The notes: generated by a model not told the origin, from the letters alone. DNA of 64,000 bases from Lentisphaeria bacterium UBA1732 (GCA_002315855.1 DCIG01000013.1:1522-65521), one strand, 5' to 3'. Counted from the first letter of the stretch, positions 46,463 through 55,999 are shown. Numbers and translations: made by a program.

Positions 46463-47911
46463 TTACTTGATGGTAACCATTTCGATACCCGCCATGCGGG
46501 CGAAGTCTTCCATGTATTCCGTGCTGAGTGCAGGTGCGTTGACGCTGTGGTGTGCACCGCCGGCTTCAATCCACTGGCGGGCTCCTTCATGCAGATTGGG
46601 TTTCGGAATCCACAGGGTGCTTGCCACGGGCAGATTGCTCAGCGGCTGATCCGGTTCCACGATTTCCAGTTCGTTCACGATCAGGCGGAAATGATCGCCC
46701 AGATCAATTACGGTGGCATTGATGGCCGGGCCCGGCTTCGTTGTGAACACGAGACGCGCGGGTTCCAGATTCAGTTCAGGATAATCCGGGGTCGAGCCGA
46801 TGCCCAGATGATGCACTTCCAGAGACGGTGTCCCCGCTGCGATGGACGGGCAGACTTCCAGCATGTGCGCGCCCAGAACGCGCTGACGGCCCTGTTCAAA
46901 GTGATAGGTGTAGTCTTCCATGAAGCTCACGCCGCCTTCGAGACCGGCTGCCATGACTTTCATGGTGCGTGTCAGTGCGGCTGTCTTCCAGTCGCCTTCC
47001 GCGCCGAAACCGTATCCCTGTTCCATCAGACGCTGGCTCGCGAGACCGGGCAGCTGATCCAGACCGTACAGGTTTTCAAACGTGGTGGTGAATGCGGTTG
47101 CGCCGATTTCATCCAAAAATGCGCGCAGACCGATTTCCTGCTTGGCGGCGGCGAAAATGGACTTCTTGGCCACATCGCTGGTGCTGGGCACTTTGTAAGT
47201 CGCGTAGTATTCTTTGACCAGTGCTTCTGCTTCCGCATCCGACACGGCGTTGATGTACTTCACGACGTCCTGAATGGCATAGCCGTTGCAGGAGTAGCCG
47301 AACTGAATCTGTGCGGAAACCTTGTTGCCTTCCGTCACCGCCACTTCACGCATGTTGTCGCCCAGACGCGCCACTTTCATGGTCTTGCAGTCTGCCCAGG
47401 CAGCTGCCACACGGGACCAGATCGCGATTTCCTTGACCACCTGCGGGTCCTTGTAGAAACCGTTGACCACCTTGCGGGCGATGCCGAGTCGGGTGCAGAT
47501 GAAGCCGAATTCGCGGTCGCCGTGAGCGGCCTGATTCAGGTTCATGAAGTCCATATCCATGGTGGACCACGGAATGTCGCAGTTGCACTGCGTGTTCAGG
47601 TGGAGCATCGGCTTCTGGAGAAGTTTCAGTCCGTTGATCCACATCTTGGCCGGGCTGAAGGTGTGCATCCAGCAGATAATTCCGATGCAGGAATCATCTG
47701 CATTGGCTTTCTGGATTGCCGCAATGATTTCTTCATTCAGCGTTGCCACGGTCAGAAATTCGATCTTGATCGGAATTTCTTTCGCCGCGTTCAGGGCATC
47801 CACAACCACTTTCGAGTTGTCGGCGACCTGCTTCAGCGGACCTTCTCCGTACAGATGCTGACTGCCGGTGATGAAGTAAATTTTGTACTTGGAAAAATCA
47901 ATTTTGGCCAT
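46463..47911 (-). CDS. araA: L-arabinose isomerase
   Basis: MAKIDFSKYKIYFITGSQHLYG is collinear with the E. coli AraA N-terminus. The ATG at 47911 has an AAGGA RBS. Confidence 0.92.
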   Translation of the reverse strand: MAKIDFSKYKIYFITGSQHLYGEGPLKQVADNSKVVVDALNAAKEIPIKIEFLTVATLNEEIIAAIQKANADDSCIGIICWMHTFSPAKMWINGLKLLQKPMLHLNTQCNCDIPWSTMDMDFMNLNQAAHGDREFGFICTRLGIARKVVNGFYKDPQVVKEIAIWSRVAAAWADCKTMKVARLGDNMREVAVTEGNKVSAQIQFGYSCNGYAIQDVVKYINAVSDAEAEALVKEYYATYKVPSTSDVAKKSIFAAAKQEIGLRAFLDEIGATAFTTTFENLYGLDQLPGLASQRLMEQGYGFGAEGDWKTAALTRTMKVMAAGLEGGVSFMEDYTYHFEQGRQRVLGAHMLEVCPSIAAGTPSLEVHHLGIGSTPDYPELNLEPARLVFTTKPGPAINATVIDLGDHFRLIVNELEIVEPDQPLSNLPVASTLWIPKPNLHEGARQWIEAGGAHHSVNAPALSTEYMEDFARMAGIEMVTIK

Positions 47912-48596
47912 AATAGGCGTCCTTTCCATGTTTTCGGTTGTAATGTTTTTGTATCAGGGAATCTTTCAGTCTCGGTGCCCGCGGGTTGACCTGCTCGGTG
48001 ATGAATGCCATCTTGCAGAGTTCTTCCAGTACGCGGGCATTGTATACCGCCTTGGCTCCCGTTGCTCCCCAGGTGAACGGACCATGCCCGGCCACCAGAA
48101 CCATCGGGATTTCCGCCGGATTCAGATTCTGCTTCTTGAAGCAGTCAATGATTTGCAATCCGGTTTCGGTTTCGTAGTCGTTGCGGATGCGGTCATCTGC
48201 CATGAATTCCGTGCAGGGGATGTCTGCCGCCAGATGGTCGGCATGGGTTGTCCCGTACAGCGGCACGGCGCGGGCGGCCTGGGCCCACGCCACGGCAAAG
48301 GTGGAATGTGTATGCACGATACCGCCCAAAGTCGGGAACGCTCTGTACAATTCCAGATGCGTATTGGTATCACTGGACGGACGCATGGTCCCGTCGACCA
48401 CTTTCCCGTCTGCCAGACTCACAATCACGATGTCGGACGGTTTCAGCTTGTCGTAATCCACGCCCGACGGCTTGATGGCGAATACGCCGGCCGCCCGGTC
48501 CACGCAGCTCACATTGCCGAATGTATAAATCACGAGGTCGAGCTTCGGAAGCTCCATATTGGCCTCGTAGCATTCCTGTTTCAGTGCTTCGTACAT
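47898..48596 (-). CDS. araD: L-ribulose-5-phosphate 4-epimerase
   Basis: Class II aldolase/adducin fold with GNVS, HTHS and HADH motifs. It overlaps the araA start. Confidence 0.9.
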   Translation of the reverse strand: MYEALKQECYEANMELPKLDLVIYTFGNVSCVDRAAGVFAIKPSGVDYDKLKPSDIVIVSLADGKVVDGTMRPSSDTNTHLELYRAFPTLGGIVHTHSTFAVAWAQAARAVPLYGTTHADHLAADIPCTEFMADDRIRNDYETETGLQIIDCFKKQNLNPAEIPMVLVAGHGPFTWGATGAKAVYNARVLEELCKMAFITEQVNPRAPRLKDSLIQKHYNRKHGKDAYYGQN

Positions 48597-48598
48597 GA

Positions 48599-50185
48599 TT
48601 ACAGACCTTCCTGTTCCATCATCTTGCCGAAGGTCAGATAACGCTGATACAGCTCTTCATACAGCTGCCCCATTTCCTTGTTGGGATAATATTCAGCATC
48701 GAAACCGGACCCCATCTTGTCCATCGCGTCTTCCACCTTGGCATAGCGGCCCGCGGCCACTGCACCGAACATGGCGGAACCCAGCGCACAGGTCTGATCG
48801 CACGCGGCAATCTTGATCGGCAGCTGGAATACATCCGCGCACATCTGCATGATGAACGGAGACTTGCGGCTGATGCCGCCCGTCATGATCACGTTGTTGA
48901 TTTTGATGTTCTGGGCTTTGAAGTGATCCACGATGGCACGTGCGCCGAAAACGGTGCTTTCTGCCAGTGCGCGGTAAACCATCGGGGCTGTCGTCCCCAG
49001 ATTCAGTCCGCAGATTGCTCCGGTCAGCTTCTGATTGGCGTTCGGGGTGCGGCGGCCGTTGAACCAGTCAAGTGCAAGCACTCCTGTCTGACCGGCGGGA
49101 ATTGCCGCGGCTTCCTGTTCCAGCGGACCGATTTTCACGTCGCCGGCGTAGGACAGCAGATTCTTGAACCATGCGTACACATCGCCGAATGCAGACTGTC
49201 CTGCTTCCAGACCGACCATGCCCGGAATCACGGAACCGTCGACCTGACCGCAGATGCCCGGGATGCAGGAATCCGCTTCCGGTGCCACCAGAATATCGCA
49301 GGTGCTGGTCCCGCAGACCTTGACCAAATCGTAGGCGTGAATTTGTGCGCCCACTGCTCCGAAATGGCAGTCGAAAGCACCCGCCGCAACTACCACATTC
49401 GTGGTCAGTCCGAGACGGTCTGCCCATTTCTGGGAAAGTTTTCCCACAGCCTTGTCGCCTGTGTAGGTTTCGGTGAACAGACGGTCGCGGAGACCGTCCA
49501 GCAGGGGATCCAGTCCGGCGAAGAATTCGTTCGGCGGAAGTCCGCCCCAGCTTTCATGCCACATGGCCTTGTGGCCTGCTGCACAGCGGCTGCGGATCAT
49601 CTTCAGGGGATCGATGTTCCCTGTCAGTTCTGCCGGAATCCAGTCGCAGTGTTCGACCCAGCTGAATGCTGCTTTGCGGACCTTTTCGCTGGCGCGCAGG
49701 GTGTGCAGGATTTTGGCGAAGAACCATTCGCTGGAATAGATGCCGCCTTCATACTTGGTGTAGTCGATTCCCTTCCACGCTTTCGCATAGCTGTTGATTT
49801 CATCGGCTTCGAAGATGGCCGTATGGTCTTTCCACAGGATGAACATCGCGTTCGGATCATCTGCAAATTCGGGGAGCATTGCCAGCGGAATGCCTTCGCG
49901 GTTCACGGCACATGGTGTGGACCCCGTCGTGTCGATGCCGATGCCGATGACCAGCGACGGATCGATCCCTTTCATCACGCCCTTGATGACGACTTCCAGG
50001 CTCTCCAGATAATCCAGCGGGTGCTGACGGAACTGGTTGTTCGGTGCATCACAGTATTTCTTCTCGCTCCAGCGGGGATAATTCTGCACGCAGGAACCCA
50101 GAATTGCACCGTTTTCCACATCGACCAGAACAGCGCGCACGCTGTCGGACCCGAAATCCAAACCGATTGTAAGTTGATTTGCCAT
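48599..50185 (-). CDS. araB: Ribulokinase (FGGY family)
   Basis: N-terminal IGLDFGSDSVR, FGGY N- and C-terminal domains, and its position ahead of araD-araA. Confidence 0.9.
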   Translation of the reverse strand: MANQLTIGLDFGSDSVRAVLVDVENGAILGSCVQNYPRWSEKKYCDAPNNQFRQHPLDYLESLEVVIKGVMKGIDPSLVIGIGIDTTGSTPCAVNREGIPLAMLPEFADDPNAMFILWKDHTAIFEADEINSYAKAWKGIDYTKYEGGIYSSEWFFAKILHTLRASEKVRKAAFSWVEHCDWIPAELTGNIDPLKMIRSRCAAGHKAMWHESWGGLPPNEFFAGLDPLLDGLRDRLFTETYTGDKAVGKLSQKWADRLGLTTNVVVAAGAFDCHFGAVGAQIHAYDLVKVCGTSTCDILVAPEADSCIPGICGQVDGSVIPGMVGLEAGQSAFGDVYAWFKNLLSYAGDVKIGPLEQEAAAIPAGQTGVLALDWFNGRRTPNANQKLTGAICGLNLGTTAPMVYRALAESTVFGARAIVDHFKAQNIKINNVIMTGGISRKSPFIMQMCADVFQLPIKIAACDQTCALGSAMFGAVAAGRYAKVEDAMDKMGSGFDAEYYPNKEMGQLYEELYQRYLTFGKMMEQEGL

Positions 50186-50213
50186 TTTCTTTACCTTAAA
50201 GTTGTTGTTTTTC

Positions 50214-50368
50214 GAGCTGATTTCAAAAACCGCTGACGGAATGATTGAAAAAGTATCTTCACACGGTTGTCATGATTTGTTTGAGGTGGCCGATTGCTGT
50301 GCCGCCGCCGGAAACGCTCTCCTGACAAATGCGAATGAGTTTTCAAATCTCCCCCCAGAACTTTTGAA
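50214..50368 (-). repeat. Conserved noncoding element, copy A (araB leader / intercistronic region)
   Basis: It aligns over about 155 nt with 56000-56156. Shared minus-strand blocks are TTCAAAAGTTCTG, ATTTGAAA, TGTCAnGAGAGCGTTT, GCCACCTCAAAC, GACAAC, ATTCCGTCA and TTTnGAnATCAGyTC. Confidence 0.6.
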
Positions 50369-50412
50369 GTCCGCTCTTTATGTTTGAATGAGTTTGTTTT
50401 TTCTCTTTGTCG

Positions 50413-51387
50413 TTACGTTTGCGAGGTCAGAAGCATACTCTCCTTCACCTCATGCTGAAATGGTTCGCCCGCCAGCATCCGCTTGAACTCCCCGATGACG
50501 CAGTCCGACATCCGCCTCACTTCATCGTTGAATGACCCCGCAATATGCGTTGTCAGCAGGACATTCGGCAGGGTGTAGTACCGCGAATCCTTTGCCGGCG
50601 GTTCCGGCTCCGTTACGTCAACCAGTGCCGTCAGATCAGGTCGTTTTTCCATCACATCCAGCATGGCTTCTTCATCCACTTGCGCACCGCGCCCCGTATT
50701 GATGAATACTGCCCCGGTCCGCATGGATTCAAAATGCTCTCTCCGTATCGTGTTCCGGTTGTCTTCCCGGTTCGGCAGGTGATTGCTGATGACAAAAGCC
50801 GTGCGGAATGCTTCCTCGATGGACACCGTGCGCCGTTCCGCTCTCGAAGGCACCACCACCACTTTCACATCCATGCGAGACAGATGTTCCTGCAGAATAC
50901 TGCTGATGGTTCCGGCTCCAATCAGTGCCACGGTTTCCCCGTAAGCTCCTGGGCCCACATAAGTAACCTTCCGGTCCCAGTCTCGCGTCATGCGGGCTTC
51001 CCGGATATTCCGGTAGTAGCCTTTCAGCGACAGAATGATTTCCGACAGACAGAATTCCGCCACCGGAATGGCATTCATGCGCCACGCGCTGATTACCTTG
51101 ACTTGATTTGCAAAGCATTGCCGGGCGAAAGCATCCGTCGCTCCTGCCGCATAAAATACGGCCTTCAGTTTCGGCATCTTTGCAATCAGTTCATTCGTAA
51201 CCTGCGGAAATCCCCAGGTCGAGAAAAGCACTTCCGCATCCGCCAGTTTTCCGTTCTCCGCATCCGCACCTGTGCATATCCCCGGAATCATGTCCGTCAG
51301 CTCCTCAAGCTCCTTGATTTGTGCTTGCGAATACACATATTCCACGTTTGAAACGGAATCACAGAAGATTGCGCTCTTGAATTTCAT
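50413..51387 (-). CDS. D-isomer-specific 2-hydroxyacid dehydrogenase family protein
   Basis: NAD-binding motif VALIGAGTISS, and catalytic-region motifs (TGRGAQVDE, THIAGS). The ATG at 51387 is preferred over the GTG at 51414. Confidence 0.8.
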   Translation of the reverse strand: MKFKSAIFCDSVSNVEYVYSQAQIKELEELTDMIPGICTGADAENGKLADAEVLFSTWGFPQVTNELIAKMPKLKAVFYAAGATDAFARQCFANQVKVISAWRMNAIPVAEFCLSEIILSLKGYYRNIREARMTRDWDRKVTYVGPGAYGETVALIGAGTISSILQEHLSRMDVKVVVVPSRAERRTVSIEEAFRTAFVISNHLPNREDNRNTIRREHFESMRTGAVFINTGRGAQVDEEAMLDVMEKRPDLTALVDVTEPEPPAKDSRYYTLPNVLLTTHIAGSFNDEVRRMSDCVIGEFKRMLAGEPFQHEVKESMLLTSQT

Positions 51388-51538
51388 TATGGATTTCTTT
51401 CTGCTTGATTGCACATCCGGCGCAAACCGGATATCAGGGTTTCGCTTCCTTGTCCCGATTCTTCTTCCGCGAGGACAAGTCTGACTGGGGTATCTTTAAT
51501 AGATATAACATAACACGAAGACGATTGCAATTCAACTG

Positions 51539-51564
51539 AAAAATAGAAGAAAATTTCTATTTTT
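51539..51564 (-). terminator. AT-rich hairpin downstream of yihY (weak terminator candidate)
   Basis: A perfect 10-bp inverted repeat aaaaatagaa/ttctattttt with a 6-nt loop. Confidence 0.3.
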
Positions 51565-51618
51565 ATCGAACCGGTTTCAAAAAAGCTGTTTCACGAAACT
51601 TTTCATTCCCGCACAAAA

Positions 51619-53028
51619 TCAATTCTCCCCGGCTGACAGTCTGTGCTGGTCTTTCGCCAGCATCAGATTCCGGTTCGCAGGTGATTTCTCCGCCTCTTCG
51701 CTGAGTTTCCTCAGGATTTCCTCATCGTATTGTGCTTCGTTCGGTGAATACGCCATAAATCCTGCATTGATAATGCGTTTCAGAATCGTCATCGGCTTCA
51801 TTTCATCAAACGGCACTTCGCAGAAATACAGATTTTCGTTCCGGTTTTCCGGCGACACCGCTTCAAAAACAAGCCCCGCCTGTGCCAGAAATGACAAGGT
51901 CCGCCGCGTGATTCGGATCGGGATTTGCAGTTCCACCGCCAGTTTGTCTGCCGCAACCGGACCTTCATGATTCTGAATGCGATGTCCCAGTGTCCGCATA
52001 ATCCGGATGCAGTTGATGAAGAAATACCGCATACAAATCGGCCTGTCTGTGGGGTAAAACTCAAAACTGTTCACATTCTGTATCGAGAAAGTCAGTTGCG
52101 CGCCGAACAGAATCAGCGTCCAGCTGCTTTGGAGCCACACCAGGAAGAACGGAAGAGCCGCAAATCCTCCGTATATCGTGTTGTATGAGGTCAGAATCTT
52201 CTGCAAATACATGTACACGTATTGCAGAATGATGTATCCTGCCCCCGTGAAAAGTCCAGACAGCAGAGCCGCCTTGATTTTCACCGTCGTATTCGGTATG
52301 AAAAGGTACAGGAAAAAGAAACTGATCCATGCCAGCACCAGCGGCGTTACATACCTCAGCAGAGGAATCAGATAATGATGACCCGGCAGGATTTTCAGCA
52401 CGATTTCCATTTGCGAAACTCCGAATGCGCAAATACTGATCAGTGCCACCGCAATCACAGGACACAGCAGAAGCAAAGTCAGGTAATCGCTGATTTTCCG
52501 CAGCAGCGTCCGCCCGCGGCGAATCCCCCACATTTCGTTGAAGCAATGTTCGATGTTGGACAGCAGTCTCAGCGCGGTCCACAGCAGCATTCCGATGCCG
52601 ATGCCCGTAACAAGTCCCCCGGATGCCGATTGCAGGGTCGCCTCGGCAAACCGGATGATGAAGTCCGCAACCTGTTCCTGTCCCACAAAATACGTCTTGA
52701 ATCTCTGTTCCACGCCGGACAGATTGAATCCCCTCAGGATTCCCAGCAGCAGCGCCACAATCGGCACAACGGAAAGCAGAGTCAGGAATGTCAGCGATGC
52801 CGCTTTTGCCTTGCAGTTGTTATGACAGAATTTACTGACCGTAAGAATGAAAATTCGTCCCATCGAAATCGGAAACACCTTCCGTTTCGGCAATTTGGAA
52901 GACCATATTTCCCAAATATCTGTCTCAAGATACCGTTTCAGTTTCATCCAGAAATTTTCCGGTCTCTCTTCCTGTGCGCCATGATTCATGGCTCCCGCAT
53001 CCGCATCAGCGTTAAGCATAGTGTTCAT
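51619..53028 (-). CDS. YihY/BrkB-family membrane protein with C-terminal winged-helix-like extension
   Basis: The YihY core is present (KAKAASLTFLTLLSVVPIVALLLGI plus 6 TM segments). A C-terminal cytosolic domain of about 150 aa contains the HTH-like LAVELQIPIRITRRTLSFLAQAGLV. Confidence 0.8.
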   Translation of the reverse strand: MNTMLNADADAGAMNHGAQEERPENFWMKLKRYLETDIWEIWSSKLPKRKVFPISMGRIFILTVSKFCHNNCKAKAASLTFLTLLSVVPIVALLLGILRGFNLSGVEQRFKTYFVGQEQVADFIIRFAEATLQSASGGLVTGIGIGMLLWTALRLLSNIEHCFNEMWGIRRGRTLLRKISDYLTLLLLCPVIAVALISICAFGVSQMEIVLKILPGHHYLIPLLRYVTPLVLAWISFFFLYLFIPNTTVKIKAALLSGLFTGAGYIILQYVYMYLQKILTSYNTIYGGFAALPFFLVWLQSSWTLILFGAQLTFSIQNVNSFEFYPTDRPICMRYFFINCIRIMRTLGHRIQNHEGPVAADKLAVELQIPIRITRRTLSFLAQAGLVFEAVSPENRNENLYFCEVPFDEMKPMTILKRIINAGFMAYSPNEAQYDEEILRKLSEEAEKSPANRNLMLAKDQHRLSAGEN

Positions 53029-53040
53029 TCCTTGTCTGTT

Positions 53041-53067
53041 GAGCTATTTCAAAAGAGTTGATTTCAA
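53041..53067 (-). promoter_or_regulatory. Tandem copy of the recurrent motif (TTGAAATCAACTC-TTTTGAAATAGCTC)
   Basis: It has the same tandem layout as 24487-24514. It sits in the 35-nt gap between tauE and yihY and overlaps the tauE stop codon. Confidence 0.4.
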
Positions 53068-53915
53068 TAGCCATTGGCTTTGGTTGCATTCTCAATCGTT
53101 TCATAGGTCATTCCGTCCGGAACCGTTTCCCCTCCTCCGCCGTCAGACGGCCAGAGCAAACGGATTGCGGACAGAATGGAAATCACCTGCACGATGATTT
53201 CCAGGTGCTTCATCGGAATCCGTTTCACAAAATAGATGCCGAGAAACGCCCCCGCCAGCACCAGCGGAATCATCGGCAAATCCGCCATGATTGCCCGTTG
53301 CGTGATTCGTCCCTCCAAAATGAAAATCGGCATCTTGATCCAGTTCATCAGCATGAAATACCAGGCGCATGTGCCGACAAATTCCATTTTCTTCATCCTC
53401 ATGCTCATCAGGTACAGCACCGCAACTGGTCCGCCGGCATTGGCCACTTGTGTCGTGAATCCCGAAAGAATCCCCGCCGTAATGGAAAATACGGGATGAC
53501 TTGGCACCGGCGAATCCTTGAACCATGTTTCCCGGATTACGCTGATTGCCGACATCACCAGAATAATCATGCCGATCATCTGCCGCAGAAATCCCGTCCC
53601 TGCAAAACGCAGCGTCAGGAAGCCGATTCCGATTCCGGCCAGTGCACACGGCAGCAGTTTCAGAATGACTCTCCTGTTGCAGCGTCTCCGGTAATACAGC
53701 ACGGCGAAAATATCCCCCGCGCACAGCAGAACAAGCGGAAGCCCCGTGGAAAATCCGGCATCCTTCTGGAATGCCATTGCCAGAAATACGATCGGCAGCA
53801 TCCCAAGTCCCGGAATCCCCGACTTGTTGATGCCGATCAGGACGCTGGAAATCATCAGCACGCACACCTGTCCCCAGCTCATGTCATGGAAAAAATAACT
53901 CATCCATTCCGGCAC
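53064..53915 (-). CDS. TauE/SafE-family anion exporter
   Basis: A polytopic membrane protein with duplicated 4-TM repeats (LIGINKSGIPGLG..., FTTQVANAGGP). Confidence 0.8.
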   Translation of the reverse strand: MPEWMSYFFHDMSWGQVCVLMISSVLIGINKSGIPGLGMLPIVFLAMAFQKDAGFSTGLPLVLLCAGDIFAVLYYRRRCNRRVILKLLPCALAGIGIGFLTLRFAGTGFLRQMIGMIILVMSAISVIRETWFKDSPVPSHPVFSITAGILSGFTTQVANAGGPVAVLYLMSMRMKKMEFVGTCAWYFMLMNWIKMPIFILEGRITQRAIMADLPMIPLVLAGAFLGIYFVKRIPMKHLEIIVQVISILSAIRLLWPSDGGGGETVPDGMTYETIENATKANGY

Positions 53916-53924
53916 AGTCTCACC

Positions 53925-54581
53925 TCACACAAGCCCGTCTTGTTCTGCGTTCAGACGCTCAAAAAACGCATTCATGAACTCCGCTCGCTCCGCCGCCAGT
54001 TTCCGCCCCGGTTCCGTCAGCATTTTCTCCGGCAGATAACGCAGTTTCACCAGATATTCGCGGTACGCCGAATCTTCTTTGGAATACGAAGCGGACCCCA
54101 GTGCCTGTTCTGCCGTATTGTGCAGACACGCCCCGATTCGTCCCGCAAAATGAAACGCCCGTGCCACTCCGAATGCGCCCAGAGAATCCAGTTTGTCCGC
54201 ATCGTATACGATTTTCGCCTCAAGCGTCGCCGGAACTGCACTCCCCCGGTAACGGTGTGTCCGCACAATATCCGACACATGGGCAATCAGCCCCTCATCC
54301 GTATCTTCCCCGATCTCTTCCAGAATCCGGCGCGCTTTCTCCGCCCCGATTTGTGCGTGATCCAGCTTCCCGTTGGACGCCAATTCCTCCGGCCTCGCTA
54401 TATCGTGGAGCAGCGCACCCAGCACGACCGCAAACGGGTCTCCGGGGCACTCCATCGATGAAATACGCTCCGCATTGTTCAAAACACGGAGCGTATGGGC
54501 AAAATCATGACACTGCGGCACATCGGTCAACTCTTTCCGGACGGCTTCGTAAACCTTTGCCCGCAGAATTTCCCGATTCAT
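53925..54581 (-). CDS. HD-domain phosphohydrolase
   Basis: H...HD motif (HDFAHTLRV..., LGALLHDIARPE). The ATG at 54581 avoids a long overlap with glgC; alternative starts lie at 54599 and 54635. Confidence 0.75.
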   Translation of the reverse strand: MNREILRAKVYEAVRKELTDVPQCHDFAHTLRVLNNAERISSMECPGDPFAVVLGALLHDIARPEELASNGKLDHAQIGAEKARRILEEIGEDTDEGLIAHVSDIVRTHRYRGSAVPATLEAKIVYDADKLDSLGAFGVARAFHFAGRIGACLHNTAEQALGSASYSKEDSAYREYLVKLRYLPEKMLTEPGRKLAAERAEFMNAFFERLNAEQDGLV

Positions 54582-54582
54582 C

Positions 54583-55935
54583 TTACTTCTTTTCTCCATG
54601 ATTCTTGGCTTCAGGAGGATTCGACTGCATCGCACTGGGACGGCGGACGCATGGTTCGCTTGTGCCGTTCAGATTGTGGCGGTGTTTCGGAATCACGGTC
54701 AGCCATTCATCTTTTTTGCCCAAATCGACCACATAGTAGTTTTTCGCATCTTCATTGCGGTCGTAGCCGATGGCCGTCCCTGCCGGAATCATATTGTGCT
54801 TGTCGATGATGGCATTCCGGATGCGGCAATGTTCCCCGATATCCACGTCGGACAGCAGAATCGAGTTATGCACCGACGCATAGCTGTGGACGCATACCTT
54901 GTTGAACAGTACCGAGTTCGTTACCACGCTGCCCGACACGATGCACCCGTCGCACACGATGGAGTTGATTGCCTTCCCGATTCGTGCATACCCGGTTGCA
55001 TCCACATCTTCGTTGTGGATGAATTTCGCCGGCGGCAGACTGTAATGATAGTTGATGATTGGCCATTTTTCGTTGTACAGATCCAGCTGCGGCGACACGG
55101 AACGCAAGTCCATGTTTGCCTCGAAATAGGCCTTCAGAGTACCGACATCCCGCCAGTACGGCTTGACTTTCGGGTCTTGTCCGGGAATTACGTTCGTATA
55201 GAAATTGTACGCATACAGGCGGTCCGTATGCACCAGCGACGGAATAATGTCTTTCCCGAAGTCATGACTGCTCTGTTTCGCGCTGTGGTCGTTCTTCAGC
55301 AGGCTCAGAATATCGTTCGCATCGAAGATATAGTTGCCCATGGAGGCGAGACACATGGTCGGATCATTCGGCAGGGGCGTAGGCTCTTTCGGTTTCTCCT
55401 GGAATCCGACGATTTTCCAGTTTTCGTCCACTTGCACAATCCCGAACTGACTCGCTTCCTCTATCGGCACTGGAATACATGCCACCGTTGCGATTGCATT
55501 GTTTGCCGTATGGAAATCCACCATCTGACTGATGTCCATGCGGTAAATATGGTCTGCTCCGAACACTGCCACAAGGTCGGGACGGAAGTCTTCAATCAGG
55601 TTCGCGTTCTGATAGATTGCATCTGCGGTCCCCTGATACCATTCCCGTTCCTGCGTCTGCATCTGAGCTGGCACAGGCACGATGAAGTGCCCTCTCTGCA
55701 TCGGGTTCGCGGTATTCCACCCGTTGATGATATGTTCAACCAGACTTTGGGATTTGAATTGTGTCAGTACGAAGATACTGTCAATCCCGCTGTTGACGAA
55801 ATTGCTTAAAACAAAGTCGATGATGCGGTATTTCCCGCCGAACGGTACTGCCGGTTTCGCACGTTGGTCAGTCAACGGTGCAAGACGGGTTCCCTCACCG
55901 CCGGCCAAAATCATTCCGAGTACGGAAGCTCTCAT
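54583..55935 (-). CDS. glgC: Glucose-1-phosphate adenylyltransferase
   Basis: N-terminal ILAGGEGTRLAPLTDQRAKPAVPFGGKYRIIDF and a left-handed beta-helix C-terminal domain. A GAGGTG RBS is present. Confidence 0.93.
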   Translation of the reverse strand: MRASVLGMILAGGEGTRLAPLTDQRAKPAVPFGGKYRIIDFVLSNFVNSGIDSIFVLTQFKSQSLVEHIINGWNTANPMQRGHFIVPVPAQMQTQEREWYQGTADAIYQNANLIEDFRPDLVAVFGADHIYRMDISQMVDFHTANNAIATVACIPVPIEEASQFGIVQVDENWKIVGFQEKPKEPTPLPNDPTMCLASMGNYIFDANDILSLLKNDHSAKQSSHDFGKDIIPSLVHTDRLYAYNFYTNVIPGQDPKVKPYWRDVGTLKAYFEANMDLRSVSPQLDLYNEKWPIINYHYSLPPAKFIHNEDVDATGYARIGKAINSIVCDGCIVSGSVVTNSVLFNKVCVHSYASVHNSILLSDVDIGEHCRIRNAIIDKHNMIPAGTAIGYDRNEDAKNYYVVDLGKKDEWLTVIPKHRHNLNGTSEPCVRRPSAMQSNPPEAKNHGEKK

Positions 55936-55999
55936 AAATACACCTCGCTGGTTAAAATGTTTTCATGATTAAATTGTTTTTAATTTTCTTCTTGCTCCT

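Noticed and set aside
46295-47989. A 564-aa plus-strand ORF, and the similar 437-aa ORF at 48923-50236.
   Set aside because: They are antisense to araA and araB, whose identities are secure.
50279-50290. The conserved GCCACCUC block of the element considered as an anti-Shine-Dalgarno sequence that sequesters the downstream RBS.
   Set aside because: It pairs well with the glgC RBS (GAGGUG) but only about 4 bp with the araB RBS (AAGGU). The mechanism is not supported for both copies.
50202-50387. A 61-aa plus-strand ORF over conserved element A, and the 277-aa ORF at 56073-56906 over element B, considered as possible homologous small proteins.
   Set aside because: The conserved nucleotide blocks fall in different reading frames in the two copies. 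The second ORF is mostly antisense to the SBP gene. Conservation is therefore noncoding.
53058-54461. A 467-aa plus-strand ORF. Also 21529-22812, 39174-40586 and 54598-55809 (all plus), and 62013-62957 (minus).
   Set aside because: All are antisense shadows of well-supported genes (tauE/HD, the membrane protein, proS, glgC, GH95). They are basic and low-complexity.
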